The position numbers and the translations under genes were made by a program. This document shows positions 26,101 to 41,004 of a DNA stretch of 64,000 nt, piece after piece. The stretch is from Azolla caroliniana (Eukaryota > Plantae > Polypodiophyta). The DNA is taken from NCBI GenBank assembly GCA_043228905.1, contig JBHGNT010000021.1, positions 496,001 to 560,000 of the forward strand. Reading direction: 5' to 3'. Each line of letters opens with the position of its first letter. Positions within the stretch are counted from its first letter, which is position 1. The notes beneath the pieces were generated by a model, which did no database searches, had not been told where the DNA came from, and saw only the letters and a program-made list of their open reading frames with translations.

Positions 26101-27232
26101 TATGGGTGGAGTAGCAGTGACTGGACATCATCCAAAGCTGGTTGGTATCGCAGAACCAGACATGGCAATCAATTATCTCCATGATATGTTGATGGCATGG
26201 TCCGTGTGCCTTATATCTTGGTCAGTCTCTGTTATCGTCAGCATTCTTCTGCTTGGCCCAGCAGCAACAGTCACTCTCTGAATTGAGAGAGAGAAGGAAC
26301 CTTTCGGGAAACAGAGAGTACAAGAGAGACAAGACAGAAAGAAGAGAGAAATAGTAATTTGGTAATGTATAAATCAGTTCAGGAGTACTTTGGTAAAGAG
26401 ATAAAAAATAATTTGTTGATTTCTCTTTGACAAGGTTCTAGGGGTCAATCAATGCTTCTGAAAGTAGTGTGAGAGTTCTCAACAAAACCTATGCCAATAA
26501 TATGTGAAATAAGGATTGATCAATTTCTTGAAGACCTTACATTTTTCTCTCTCCAAGTGACTACCCATGGCTGAATGCTCCATACATGTTGATGCTTTAC
26601 CTTTCCAGATTGTGCTTTGGCTTGCAATAATCAAGGTGCTTGTATATGCACAAATTGATTTCGATTTCATGCACTATATATTCTCCTACATGGTATTCGA
26701 ATCAAACAAGCAAGAAATGTTTCATCCTATGATGCTAACTAATAATGGCCAAAAATGATGTGTTGCGTCCATAATTGAGACCAGTGGGATCTAAGCTAAT
26801 GCAAACCAACCAGTTGAAACTTACCATCTGCTAGGATTGACAATACTATGAACTCAATGTTTCAGGATCTTCCCACTCAGAACAACTAGGCACAACACTT
26901 TTCACAAGAGATTCCACTAGCAACCTGATATCGTTTCCAGACAATTTGATTCAGTATAATTTGGCAAATAAAGCTTATATGACAAGATATTTAATCTGAC
27001 TCACGTAACTTATAATGCAAGGAAAGACGTGATCCAAATAAAAACAAAAACGATGTATGCATTGCGTGGTCATGTTCACCTTAACAGGATTGACGGAGAG
27101 CCTTGGTTACACCTTACAGGCTCTTCTGTAGTCCACATCCCTTTGGCCAAAAAGGTCTAAATCACATTTTGACATTGCTAGAAACCTCCTCATCTACTCG
27201 ATAAAGTTACGTACAAATGATATGGGCAGAGA

Positions 27233-30200
27233 CTATACCACAAGCTCATCTTCTAGGTAACTATACTCGAATGTAAATTCTGTTTTGATGCGTTGGCACC
27301 TACATTGCAAAGAAAGCTTGTAATATGGATAAGCAACAAAATAAAAATTCATTTCTCTTTTGCTTCACATTCACATCACATACCATCCTTGTTGAAAATC
27401 ATCATGAAGAATGTGGAAGTCGAAATACACATATGTTCCCTGCTCGAATTCATCAGTGGTCACTTTTGGCTCCTCATGCCGTTGAAACCATGTGTTGTAT
27501 TTCTTGTGGTATCTCCAGGACTGTTTTTTCAGCTCCCTTGCTGCAAGATATTGCTGGTAGGTACCCTGAAATCAACAGTGAAATAACCCTCAAAAAAATC
27601 AGGTGTAGTGTGGATGTTACAAAATTTCCTATGTTCTTTAAAGATATGTCTCATTAGCTTATAATAATTTGTGTGGGTTCATTCACTCTAAATTCCATAA
27701 ATCTCTCAAAACATGTATTTTCATTAGTTTGGAGGAATTTCAAGTAAAAACCAAATATCCTTTTCCACAGAAAGATGGCCTATATTAATTTTGATCATCT
27801 CTCATTTAAATGAAAGTTAATTTATGTCAGATTTTCATAAGTTTCGACATTAAACAATCAAAAATCTTCCTTTTCGAATGTCTATTAATCCATTTGATCA
27901 AATTTAGCAAAGTCAGATGTGATGAAGTCACTCCAATTCAGTTAAGGTTTTACTTTAGCAAGAAGTTTAACCTGCTGATAGTAAAAAGCAAAAAATAAGA
28001 CATCAGTGCCGAGACGTTCCCAGAATACTGGATTATCTATCAACTCTGCAGGTGCCTGAGGATAGCTTGAAGGTGTCACAGCTGGATGTCTCTGCATGCA
28101 GGACACTTTCAGTACATATTCTAATTTCTGCTAACATTTTAGTACGTGTTGGATAATTAGATTTAATTAAAAAATGGAGAACCAATCACGAGATTGATTA
28201 CATATCTAAAAATCTTGTGACTTGTGTCTTATGGTGAGTGTTTACAAGAGGAGAACCAATCACAAGATTGATTACATATCTAAAAATCTTGTGACTTGTG
28301 TCTTATGGTGAGTGCTTACAAGATAAACCCTTGTGATTTATATTACGAATTTTGTATAAATAGAACTAATGCACACATATAGATAACATTTCCATACCGG
28401 AGTGTAGCTTCGTAACTGTTCAGAATCCTTTGGCAAAGGAATCTTATGAAATGCAGCATCAAGCATTTGCAAGTTGTAAAGCTGATCATTTGCTGCAGTG
28501 TTAATCAAGTTGTCCCCGATAGCTCCAAGGTCAGCTGTACTTCTGCGTCCAATGATACCTGGCCCTGCAACAGATACTTGGCTTGATGGCATACTCTGAT
28601 TTGATGGTTCAACATTACTACTCGCCCACCGGCTCATCTCTGGGAGGCTGCTTGATCCCCCCATCTGTAAACAAATACAAACAAGGAAATACAGTCTAGA
28701 ACATCATACCACTATTGGAAACATTCCCTAAGGACAATGAGTATTATACACAAACAAATGCCAATGCAACCATCAGACAAGTAACCATAAAGGAAACACA
28801 GTCTAGAACAGGCTACTATTGAAAACATTCCCTGAGGACTCTGAGTATACACAAACCCATGGTGATTATACAAGCCATCAGACAAGTAACTATCACTTAA
28901 TTCATACATTCCATGAATGAATGGAGTTACTGAACAAATTCATCTAAAAATATATCAATTTGTACTCTTTGCTATCTAAGAGAACTCATTGTGTTCCTTT
29001 CTAGCAGTAATAGTCCATGGGCATGCCAACCAAACAATATATATCACCCTTATTAACCTTAAAATCATCACCCTCACCAATTTAAACACCATACTCATCT
29101 CTAACATCTTCATCACACTTATCCTCACCCTTACCATTTCCATCACCTACATGATGTAAGTGACGAGAGAAAAAACCAAACTTTACCTTTTGCATAGCAT
29201 CAAAAAATGTGTTTTTGTTGTAATAATCTAAGAAGCCCATCAATAGGAAAGTAAGGTAAAGTCTCTAGTACGCAATACTTTCATCCTATAAAGCTCACTA
29301 GGCTAAGCACTTTGCATTAAAAAATTGGCTTTTGGTGCTCAATATGGAAGCTTGAAATCTCATATCTACATATAAAAGCATACAATGGTTTCCTTCATCA
29401 CCTAAAGCATTGATACTAGGAAAGTTCATAGGTTGACTAAATATGTGATAAAACCTTAGAAATGCTGTTGCAAAACTTTGACCAATAAATTTCAATGTGG
29501 ATTCCTCATCCTTCAGTTTTATGAAGAAACCTGGGGAAAAATCATTCCTATACATGTGGTTGAACATTGCATTCATTACCTCTTGAATAATATGAGAAAT
29601 TTAGTGCTTTTTAGGGAGAGGATTCAGATCATTACATCATCAGATAACTTGTGTTGTAGGCCAGACTGAGATAGTTCTCCAATTCTATCTGCAGAGGTTT
29701 CTGTTGCCAAATAGGAAGATAAAGAAACTATTAATAATAAAAGGAATGCCAATAAGGGATACATGAATCTTTAACATTTAAATCCTACTGATTCACTACT
29801 ACCCTTTCTTTTTACTGAAAAAGAGACACAAACTCTCATATTTGTATCCTATGATCAACCATACCATTTTCTTTTACTGATACTCCAGACGGTAGTAGAA
29901 TCTGCTGGCTTGCCTGAGTTGCTGGCAGCTGCTGTGCTTCCAACCCTGTCTGAACCAGTGTTGTGGGTGAATTTGCAGCTTGAGGTTGCACTCCAAGATT
30001 TAATCCTGACTGTTGCTGTTGTAGGACTCCAGCATGTGAAGGTTGAAGAGAAGTATGTTGATTTGGTATTAACTGGAAAAAGAACCCACAACACATATAC
30101 AACTACCATTAATTCATGTAATATAAACAAAAATAACGTGTCTTACACCATTGGCGCATTTAACCACATTACTAGCCAAATAATTGTTCAATGTCTCATA

Positions 30201-33200
30201 TTTGAATAGTAAAATAGTCTCCTGTTTATTCTTCAATTTTCAAAGAAATGAATCAGCCCTTTTGTTTTAGCTAGTGCACCATCCTATAATGCCTCAGCAG
30301 ACCAGTTCAAAGACAATTCACTCGTAAGTGCAAGCCACCGAGTCTTAATGTGGAAAGGGAAAGGTTTGAATTTCCCACACAATCAACCACAGCTTTAAGC
30401 AATCTTAATAATCATCTTCCTCAGTCCCTTGTAAGCTGCAGTTTATGAAACCTACCCTGGCCTTCATTGTAAATTTGAATTTCGAATTTTAGTTTTCCTC
30501 ATTAATTTGGACAGGTTATTTTTTCTTGTGAAACTCTGTTTTGCATCAGATTTGAAGTTCTTCACAAGAAAAGGTCTGTATTACTCCTAAGTGTGCACAT
30601 AATAGGTAAGAAAGGTGAGAACATATCGAATTAGGTAACAATTTTATAACCTGTTGTTTCTGACTCGTTGCTCCTAGATGAGATATCTGTTGAGCACTTG
30701 CTAAAAGAGGATTGTTCTGCTGTTGCTGCTGAGAGACTTGCTGCAAACGCTGTAGAAATTTTTGCTTTTGATCTGGTGCTATCTCTGCCCTTGCTATGAA
30801 TTGTCCCTATTATATATCAGAAGGAAATTGTTAACAATACAGCTAGCTAAATTCTCAGCATTATCCTCAAGAAGAGAATGCTTTCTTACAGTTTCAGTTG
30901 ATTGAAATGGAAGTGCTGAAGGGGACCTCCATTGTCCTCCCGGTGACGTAAACAGCCTAGTTCCAATAATGCCCCCATCAGTGGAAGATCCTGTGACAAA
31001 ATAAATTAATTCAGTTACTGTCTTGAGTCCTTTTGCAAACATTTGTTTGTTACAGCTCAAATTGTTCACACAAACCTCCAGTAGTTAGTCTTTCTTCAGA
31101 TGGCAATGGACTTCTCTTGCTCAAATCTTGAATGGAAGAGGTTATGACATGGCTACTGCTAGTAACTGCACTAGAGCTTGATGACATGGCTGTGGCAACA
31201 AGAGGTGAAGATGGCACAGAGTTCACACTTATCGGTAATCCTCCTCGTCCTACACCTCTTGAAAGACTGGAATTCTGCCCAAAGTAGCTTCCACCACCTT
31301 CCTCGTTTACAGTACTAGAGAAAGCAACAGGGGATGAGGGAACTGATGGATTGTTACTTTTACCAACCCTGGAAGATGTTAATATAGTAGGGCTACCAAC
31401 ACTAATTCCAGTGCCTCCATTTGTCGTAGAGACAGCCGAAATTCCAATTGGGATAGATACAGTTACACCAATTGCATTTCCATCTTGCTGTATTTGCAGA
31501 GGTGGTGTTTTAGCTCCACTTTCCACACTAGTTTGTAAGGTACTCTCCTCAGGCACCACTGTTAAAACGTCCTTTGGAATCTACATTATTTTTAAGAGAA
31601 ACCAATTGTCCAAACTCAGAGAGTTGAGAGAGATATTTCATACTAGCAGAACAAGAATGTACACAAGAAAGAAGGAATATTCCACAAATGGAAATAAATC
31701 ACCATTATCCATCAAATTAAAAGGATCATTTCAGTATGTTCTGATACAAGGTAGGTTCTACATGGAAGTTAGTAAAGCACCTTTTCGGTATCTTTACCAT
31801 AACTGTTTCTCAGTTTGGAATTTGGATCAAAAACTGCATAATTATTTATTGGTTTGAAGGCAAACTAAACCTGAAGCCTTCAGCATACTAAAACAATAAT
31901 TATTCAATGAACCATCGGTAAGAAGCGAGCTTGAGTGCCCATGAACAATAATGGTTATGCTTTACATTGAAACACACATGTACGTAGGCAGACAATAATA
32001 TTATAGTTTACCTTTACCATAAGTGCTGAGGCGGCAGTAGCTATTGCATCCATTTCTAGGGCCTCGATCTTCTCAATGGGTATTGAGCTATAAAGTTCAT
32101 CCACTTCTGAGAATTCTTCAAAATCATCCTAAGAAGGAAATTTCCAGTATAAGATAATGCATTAGCAAGCATATACATACTAAGCTAGGCATATATTTAC
32201 CTGGTTGCGCTCCACATAGTCTTCAATAAAAAACTTGATTTCATTGACCTGATCAGGGCTTACTCCATCGTTATCCAGGAGTCTGAGTATTTGTTCTAGC
32301 TTCACAATATGTGCCTTGTGACGGTTGATGGACTCCTCTAAATGTCCCTTTAGTACAATAATGATTTGTTAACAGAGAATATAGCTATATACTATAAATA
32401 TCTTCTGTAGGAACTCCGTTATTCCTTTGTTTGTAAAATAAGCGATATTAGGATATTTTGCTCATACATGCAGAGCCCACTTATGGCCTTAAATTAATTT
32501 AAAAATTATTAATTCTTCAAACAGCTTTACCAATCGGGGGGTCAAATTCCTGCTCTTTTTCACTGTCAATCGCTCAATTTCCGCTTCAAAGGAATCCATT
32601 TGCGATTCTAATTCACTAACCTGCAGTAAATCTTGTGTATAAGATCTATAGCATATAAAGTACACTGTAAATATCAAAAAACGTATTTAATAGAGTAGGT
32701 AATGTGTAAGCTTAGCTTGTACTTAATAGCTAGATGAAATGACATTATCGTTTCAGACATCTAAAAACTTTCTCAGTGCATTGACAACCATATTACATTC
32801 TATCCAATAAGATACCTCTTTCAGCATGAACAAATATTTCAAATTATTATTTGCATAGCTGAAATCATTAGGATAAGTAAATAATGGTGGATACAAGTTT
32901 TTCTTCAGTTTCATCATTCAATCCATAAAAGTCATCCAGGTTCGTTTTAAGTGACATGGAAATCTGTGTCTACTGTCCAATATATCCAGCAAAAGATAAT
33001 TGATATCACCATCCCATTGTTACATACATAGATTGACATATTCGCATTCATGGGGTTTTCCATTCGAATGCAAACGAATACATATACGAATGCATGGTCA
33101 AGTACATGAGCTCCCTACTTTTTAGTTTCCTAGGGCTAGGATATAGGAAAGGGGACTTAACAATAAAGAAGGGAAAATAAAAGAGGGACTTCCCCATTAA

Positions 33201-34120
33201 GTTCCAAATAAGTTCCAAAAACTTCCCATTAAAGGCAAGTGGATCATTGAGCCTATATAAGGACCTGCCATTTCAAGTGTACCATTTGGGGCCATAATCT
33301 CATTGTTCTCCTGGATTAATACTCAGGTATTTCATTTTTTTTTTAACTTGTCATTGAGTTTTACTCAATCTCTTATGCTCCATAGCTATGCAAACCTATT
33401 TGCTCTCCTCAACTTCAAGCATTTAATTGTTCTCAATCTTTTCATTAAGTTTAAGAAATCCATTGTCCTCCGTAGCTACACAAAACTACGGATGGCACCG
33501 CAAATATGGAGACACAATTGACCCTTGAACTAGCACACCTCATTGCACTCACACACCACACAATATGGCCTGAGCTAAAACCGGATTAAATCAGTTCAAA
33601 TATCTCTCCAAAACAAAAACAATCACAAATAGTCAGCCTCAATCAATTTATCTTATACTAATTAAAGTTTTATAAATACATACCATATTATTCAGCCAGT
33701 CCCTTGACTCACTTTTGGCTTTCTCCCTTGGATCCTGTAAAACATGCTTATATATTGTAGAAAGAAAACAATTACTATGTCAATGTCAAAATAACAATAC
33801 TTTAATGTGTTTTGGCAACCTCTTAGACTTTGTGGACCATCCAGATTGAGACATGTAATTCTATAGTCCAACGATATTTCAAATAGACCAGACAATATTG
33901 TTTTCATGTGACCATGTAATCATAAATGTCTACAATAATGCTGTCACGGCATTCTAAAAACATAGAGACTATAATGCATGCATCATCATACCTTTTTTTT
34001 ATGTTATTGATCTATATCAAGATCACTTAAGATACAAGGATGGTAATTGAAAGAAGCAATGGCATATATAGTCATGCATGAACACAGCCAATATATTATG
34101 GGAATTATGAAGATGCATGC

Positions 34121-34159
<39 letters not shown>

Positions 34160-35659
34160 AGTTCTGATCTCAATGTTGGTGTTATAACCTAAAAGATTAG
34201 ATGAAAACCATGTGTGTGTATCTGTATGTATATACACATGATGGAAATTAACTGCACCTCTTATTTGGTGGGAGGGGTATGTGGAATAAATATTCGATAT
34301 TATAGAGAGGGCAGTCTTGATGTGAATTTCATGTCAAAGTAGATTCTTCAAAGTGACCCCAGCATTGAATGATATAAGCTTGCTTTATCAGTCTACTTCC
34401 ACAACCTAAACTAAGTTATCCCTGCAATATTGTTTTCTCTCCTGTACTTTGTCAAGGATTGTGATTATTGATGTGATGAGGAAAACCAAGTGAAATTCAC
34501 TTAGAACCTCTGTCTACGAATGTCATACTGAAGAAGAGAATATCCATACTCTTCATCAATAGCTGCAACTCTAAGAAGCAACAGACTACATCTGTAGAAA
34601 AGTCCAAGCTCCCAAACATGACTTGAGACTTTTGGTTGATAATTTGATGAATGTTTATCAATCACATTTCACACTTGAGCAACAAGTTGTACCCATAAAA
34701 ACATATTACCCACAAAAAAGCTTACAGTTTTAGGTTGTTGCCCAAGGCCTTCCTTAGAGAATGCCTTTGTTTTTGTTTCTTTCTCACAAACTTTGAAACG
34801 TTCCATCTCCTTCTCAATAAGTTTGCGTGCATCAAGAAGAGCCTGGGCAAAAGGAAACATTTCTTATTTTTCCAATAAACCTGTTCAATCAAGTTTTTCG
34901 ATTCATAGATAGTTATATAATTTCCATAAAGTTACAAAGTTACCAAGGATTGAAGATGATTGCCGATTTAGACAATCTCCAGAATTATGAGATTAATATA
35001 TTGCGCTTAATAATGTCTAAATTTCAAAACTCTAAATAAGGCTATCTTCATCTTCGAACAGGTCTGAGACACACCGATAAAATCTGCCGCAGATGCCAAC
35101 CATACGTACTTCACATTTATAATCAAACATTGCCTATATTTTACCTATATTGTACTAGATCGATGGATCTAATTTGTGCTAATGTTTGTCAATGATATGA
35201 AAATTATTTTTTTTCCTGATTCAGATACTTTTACCCAAGCGAAACAATTTCCAGCATTCAACATAGTTCAAAAGAAGTAAAAGACCTCCAACATCAGCAT
35301 ATCACAAACTTTATTTATAAGAATTGAGCACTCTACCTTTTTATCTTTAATTTCCGAGGATTGGAGCCATGTCTTGATTTGGTCTCTGTATCTTTGCAAC
35401 TTCTTTATTTCTTTCTTCAAATCTGCTTCAAATTTCTCCTTCTGATTTGCATTCTCTGTATCATACACCTAATTTACAACAGCAAACAGTTTATTCATAA
35501 CCTCAAAAAAGAACATTTTACTCAGAAATCAAAAGATAATCACAAAGGAACTATTTATGGTCAAACCTTGTTCCAAATGCTATCAAACACATCCACTCCT
35601 TCTTGAACCTTTTTCAAAACTTTATCAATCTCCCCTTGCAATTTCCGTGTAGCACCCAT
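27233..35659 (-). CDS. NOT3: CCR4-NOT transcription complex subunit 3 (NOT3/NOT5 family), about 16 coding exons
   Basis: N-terminal Not3 domain [26 protein letters not shown]...[27 protein letters not shown]...[14 protein letters not shown]-terminal NOT-box [42 protein letters not shown]...[14 protein letters not shown]. Exons join at GT-AG sites; a probable 5' UTR intron donor lies near 36811. Confidence 0.95.
28178..28322. repeat. Near-perfect intronic tandem duplication, about 73 bp, 2 copies
   Basis: GGAGAACCAATCAC.AGATTGATTACATATCTAAAAATCTTGTGACTTGTGTCTTATGGTGAGTG.TTACAAGA occurs twice. Confidence 0.9.
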
Positions 35660-38600
35660 CCTGCTTTGAGCTTTATAATCTGTTCAAGTACCTATTCAGA
35701 TTATGTGTGCATACATACACACACATTTGAAATTTGGAAATGCATTCATCACTTGACGAAATCTGACAGATATATGAGGGTTTCTAGTAAATTCCTTTGT
35801 TCTTGTGGTATTTTCTCATGCATTCCTCATTTTCATGCATACATACGGTGTTAGGACAATTAGACTTAAACGTTTGACAATATTCTGAGAGAAATATAAG
35901 ATATTTTCTACTAAAACCCATAAAGTATGGTATTTTCTCATAATTTACTATATTTCATCATAGAAATGAAAGTCTGCCAATTAGGGGATAGGTCATTTGG
36001 TAGTGGAAACTTTTCACTGGTCCTAATTGAACTTGGACAATTAATTGGAATTCTTTAACGAAATTCAAACAAACCATCTGGTATTTTGTCAAATTTTCCT
36101 TCTGTGCTGAAATCCTCTAAACGTTGTGTATTTCTCAAACTTGCCACTTTTCTTACTTGTGCATGACAATATATTTATTCAGTTTCATTAGGAATTTCCC
36201 ATAACGCATGCAGCATTTTGTCATAATTTTTTATATTTTCATGCATGAGAAGGAGAGAGAAATTTTCCCAAACAGTGAATTTTCTCATTGATCTTAATCG
36301 ACCTTGACAAAAAAAAACTTCCGTTAGCAAGTTACAAGTTCTGAGAAGACACCGGATATAAAAGGTTAGGGTTTAGATTTCTAGTTCCAAGCAAAATAGC
36401 AGTTCTATAAAGATATAAAAAATCATCAGAGAATTGAAAATGAATGTTACGCCACATACTTTTTTAACACTTTTTAACAGAGAAATTTAGAGAAAAAAAT
36501 CATCAGAGAATTGAATAAAAACATTACATCAGCGAGTTCTTTTTCTCTTAAGCCCTTTTATTAGATAAATTTAGGAAGAAAGAAAAAAAAATTATTAGAG
36601 AACTTTTCTTCATTTTTAATAGGAAAATCATTTCGTCTGATGAAAAATTCATCGTCTGTTTTTTTTCTTTTGTGGGAAGAGGAATGAAGAAACATTTTAT
36701 TTTCGTCTTCAGATGAAATGAGATATGGGACGAACTTAGAGAGAAGAGGAAGAAGAAGAAAAAGAAAAAGAAGAAAAAGGTAGCAGAAAACAGGAGCAGA
36801 TCTGAGCATACCTGGAGAATAAATACGAAGTTATGTTCTCCTCCTCCTCTTCTTTTTGTTCTATTTAATTTGAAGATGCGAGAGGCGGGGGGGATGGATC
36901 AACTGATGACGAAGATCAGAACAGGAAGAAGAAGAAGAAGAAGAAGAAGAATTGTACAGGAAAAACAGGAGAAGGGGGTAGCAGCTGCTGCGGTGTGCCT
37001 GTGAAGAAAAAAAATAATGGCTTTTATATATGGATTATATATGTACATATGTATATGTATAAATATGTACAGTGTGGGGAGTGGGCTAAATTTAGATTAT
37101 TCTCATTTATTTTGGCTATTACTTTTCTCTAATTCCCAGAAATGACCCTCACCCCCCTCCCCTCTCATGTCCACAACTCAAAATTCCCTTCCCTTCTGAG
37201 CTTGTCGTACTCGCTCTCTTTGCCCAGTTTCCACCACCACCAGTCCGCAGTTTTGAACCCCGACAATTCGATCAATGGCCTTACGGGAGCCACTCACTGA
37301 TGGACGGTCACATCACGTCCCACCGCTCTCGATCACGCCCTCATCCCCTGCCTTGCCTTATTGTAGTTGTTAGCATAATGTCAATCGATGCTTGATTCGT
37401 ACGATACCGTCATTGTTGCAACTCTCGAAACATGGAGAGTTTTATGACCCCCGGACCCTCTAGCTCCACTTTGCATTCCTCTATTCTGGTTTTCGCCCGT
37501 TGTGAAGGATTTCCCCTTGTCGCTCCAATTCTAGCATGCTTGATTGACCCCTTATACTAGTTATTGATCATTACCTCAATAGGTCACTATTGTCACAACA
37601 TCTAGGACGTTGGTTAGGGAATGCTCATATCTACCAAGGTAGGGGGTAGGCCTTTGAGCTTCATGATGGACATCATTATGACATGTTGCTTTTATTAGGG
37701 GTTCAAACAAGCCATGGTAGGAACAAGGGTGGTCATTAGGGCTCATGGCGGTATGTGGTTGCTATTTGCAAATATTGGGATGAGTCCTCCAACGAGAATG
37801 AAATAGTGAACCACCATGGAAGCAATGTGTTTGGAGCTTCCCCTTGTGAGCCAAAAGAACTTCAATGTACATGGCATCAACTAGATATTGCTCTAAGTAT
37901 TAATGTTTAATTCCAGTAGACGACAATGCTGGGAACTACTCAAACTCTAGACATGTATAGGGTCTTGTGATGGAGAAAGCTGAATTCAAACAAGAAGTGG
38001 GCCACTCCTCGATAGAACGGGTTGGGTCTACCTGAAGTTTTGTGGGACTTTGCACTAGTGGAGAAAGGGAAGTAAAGTACTACTACATGGCAGAGTTATC
38101 TACATGCTCATGGTGGTTGGTTCCATTGCCGAGGAAATGAATGCAAGTGGTTGATGAAGGCATTTATAGGGAGGACAAATGGAGTATCCTCGTAGAGGGC
38201 AAAGACAAACATGTGCAACCACAAGTGTCGGAGGAGCCAAGCATATGTTTAGTACCAACTATAGGTTTTAATGGTGTAATCATTGTCATACACTAGGAAA
38301 ACTTAGGAAAAAAAAAATTGTCCCCACAAATGTGAAAGACAGACATTCAACTCATAAAGAAATATAACAACTATTGATTCAGCTCACCTTAAAAGGCCTT
38401 CTTCATTCAAAAGATTTTTACTAGTTCTCTTAGAGTCACGGTGTGCACCCTCGATTGCAACATTCATCAGTAAGGTTCTTGAACATGAAGAGTTGTTACT
38501 CACTTTCGCATGTATTATGTGGAAATGATATATTTTTGGTCTTATATGTCATATTTGACCTTGCGAGAAATGTTAATAATTAGGTAATTAACTAGGGTTA

Positions 38601-41004
38601 ATTAGGGTCTAATTATGCGAGTATTGATAAAGTAGCGGAAGATTATTTGATTTGTGTGTATGTGTGTGAGAGGAAGATACACTTATGAACAATAATATAA
38701 ATGGGGGATGATTAACAAAGAGTCTAGCTAAAGACCTTTATCTAATTAATAAGCATCAAGTTACAAAAATACTCACAAAGAGGTATATACATACATCTCA
38801 TGTGCAAGGGTACACGTGTGTGAGTATAATATAGGTACAAGGAAGTAAGTCTTATATTAAATATACCTAGTACTAGAGGATCTAGAATGTATCCCCACTT
38901 ACGTACAAGTATAATATCCTATTTAAGGCAAGACGAACACTCCACCGAAGAAAGAATTTCCACTTGCTCCAATAAAGAAAATTGTCACATTAGTACTCCC
39001 TTCAATTTTTGTAGATATGCTTTCACTCCATGTCTACCGTTGAATACAAAAGTGTTGCGCATATTCCAATTATGATGCAATCCCCAATATCTCACAAATA
39101 GAAAAACAATCTCCATCTCTGATTTTAGGTCAACATGTGTAAATTATGCAAACACCCACTATCTAGGTGCCAAATAACATCGTGATAAAACTTGCCAAAA
39201 TCCAAGATTACTCTAAGTCCTTAGCTATCCCATAAAAAATTAGCTCAATTGTATGACCACAATTATGATCAGGAACACTTCAATGGTGATGTGTTGGGGG
39301 GCTAGTGCCATAGGTGTTTGCTACTAAAGAGGTATTGATTGTCATGTGGATTGATGTTTCATAATTAGGAGAGTTATCATCGAAAGAGTTAGCACTTGGA
39401 GAATTGGCACTAGTGTTATATAGTGCGTTGAAGGAGTGAAATGTAAGTTGTTCCAATGTTGAACCCATAGATAATTTTCATGCTACCTCCGAAACGGTGT
39501 GCATGATAAAGGGCATGTAAAAGCCTTTTGTTTGAAACATATTCTAAACATAGAACACACGTTTTTTAACAACTATGCGAGTAGTAACTACATTAAGCAT
39601 AACAAAGTGAACCCTCACTGTACTACTTTTTGGGACATGAGCTCATATGGTACACTCTCTTAGTATTACTAACAACCTTCTCTCTTTACAAGGGTGGTCT
39701 TGTATATCAAACCTATCTTGTCTTGATGTGATGTGATTGTCATGTGCTAAGTTGGCTGGTTCTACAGATAATACATTGAATGTTGTATCGGGTTACGTTC
39801 TCTTTCACAAAAATGTTGAGTTTTATACACCATTACCTAGTGTTACACATAATGCATTGAGTGGTTAGACCATTTAATATCAAGTAGTCATTATGTAGGG
39901 CATTGGGAATGTGAGACATGCATATTCCCATTCATCTATCGCTATTCTTTAGGAGTTTATTGCTCTCTAGATTCAACACCCTGTTAGGCTTTTACAAGTA
40001 TTCGTGTTTTTCATTCTAAGAGGATTCTTGTGCGTAAGCCACCCATTAGCGCAAGTCCATGAATCCATGTGCTTTGGTAATCATGTTTGTTGTGACTCTA
40101 GAAATGAGGCCACACCATATCTCATCATTCTTCCTCTCTATCTAACTACATTACATTAACTCACAAGTGGAGCTCCCTAAGAGGATGCCATTGACACTAT
40201 CCTATTAATGATTAAGATGGAGCACTCCATAGGGATGTGATCCAAACACACAAACACATACTCTCTCATTCATAACATTCTCCCAACAATGATTAGGATG
40301 GAGTTCTTTGGAGAGATGCCATCCACACACACATTGATCTTTTGTGGATGTTAAATATATATCTTTGCAAATATAATGTATTAATTATCAAAGTCGAATT
40401 ACAATTGATGTAATATAATATCCTACTAGTTCACCTGAAAATCAATTAGGTTCCCTACATACATACTCTCTCCCAAGAGAGAACAGGAAACTTGGAAACA
40501 AAGTAAATTTTTAGGTACATTTTCCACTTTCAAGATAAGAATGAAGAAATTGGAGATTTTTCCAATTATAGTATTGATTTGGGCCCCTATGTGGTTGTGA
40601 AAAGGCAGAACAAGAATTGCTTTCATTTTTACAATGGCTAAAGTAAGTATGAATAACATAAAGTAATAGATAATTAATAATTTGTTATCTTTTACTGCAC
40701 ACATTAACAAGACTTATGCACGGTTATCAATGCAAAGAGACCACCTATTTTTAAAATCATAAGATGTGCCCCCCCTTTTACTCCACTCAATGTAACAATA
40801 TTCTAATGAATCTAATCTTACTTCTTATAAGAACTCACATTGCAATGACGATTTATTGAGTAAAACTCTATGCTTTCCAAGTTCCTTCTAAATCTCTGTA
40901 AGACTACACTACATCCTATTACTATTCATGTTTAATCAATCTAGTCTATGCATAATAATGTACTTGCTATTGTAGGTTGCGTTAACTAGGTGATCGAGGA
41001 TAGA

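Noticed and set aside
26295-26350. AG-rich stretch resembling miR156/miR529
   Set aside because: No exact mature sequence and no complementary arm
31351-31857. 168-aa plus-strand ORF
   Set aside because: Antisense to the Ser-rich NOT3 exon and its intron
37200-40400. Probable old TE debris between NOT3 and the RG lyase
   Set aside because: No diagnostic motif, termini or ORF recognised
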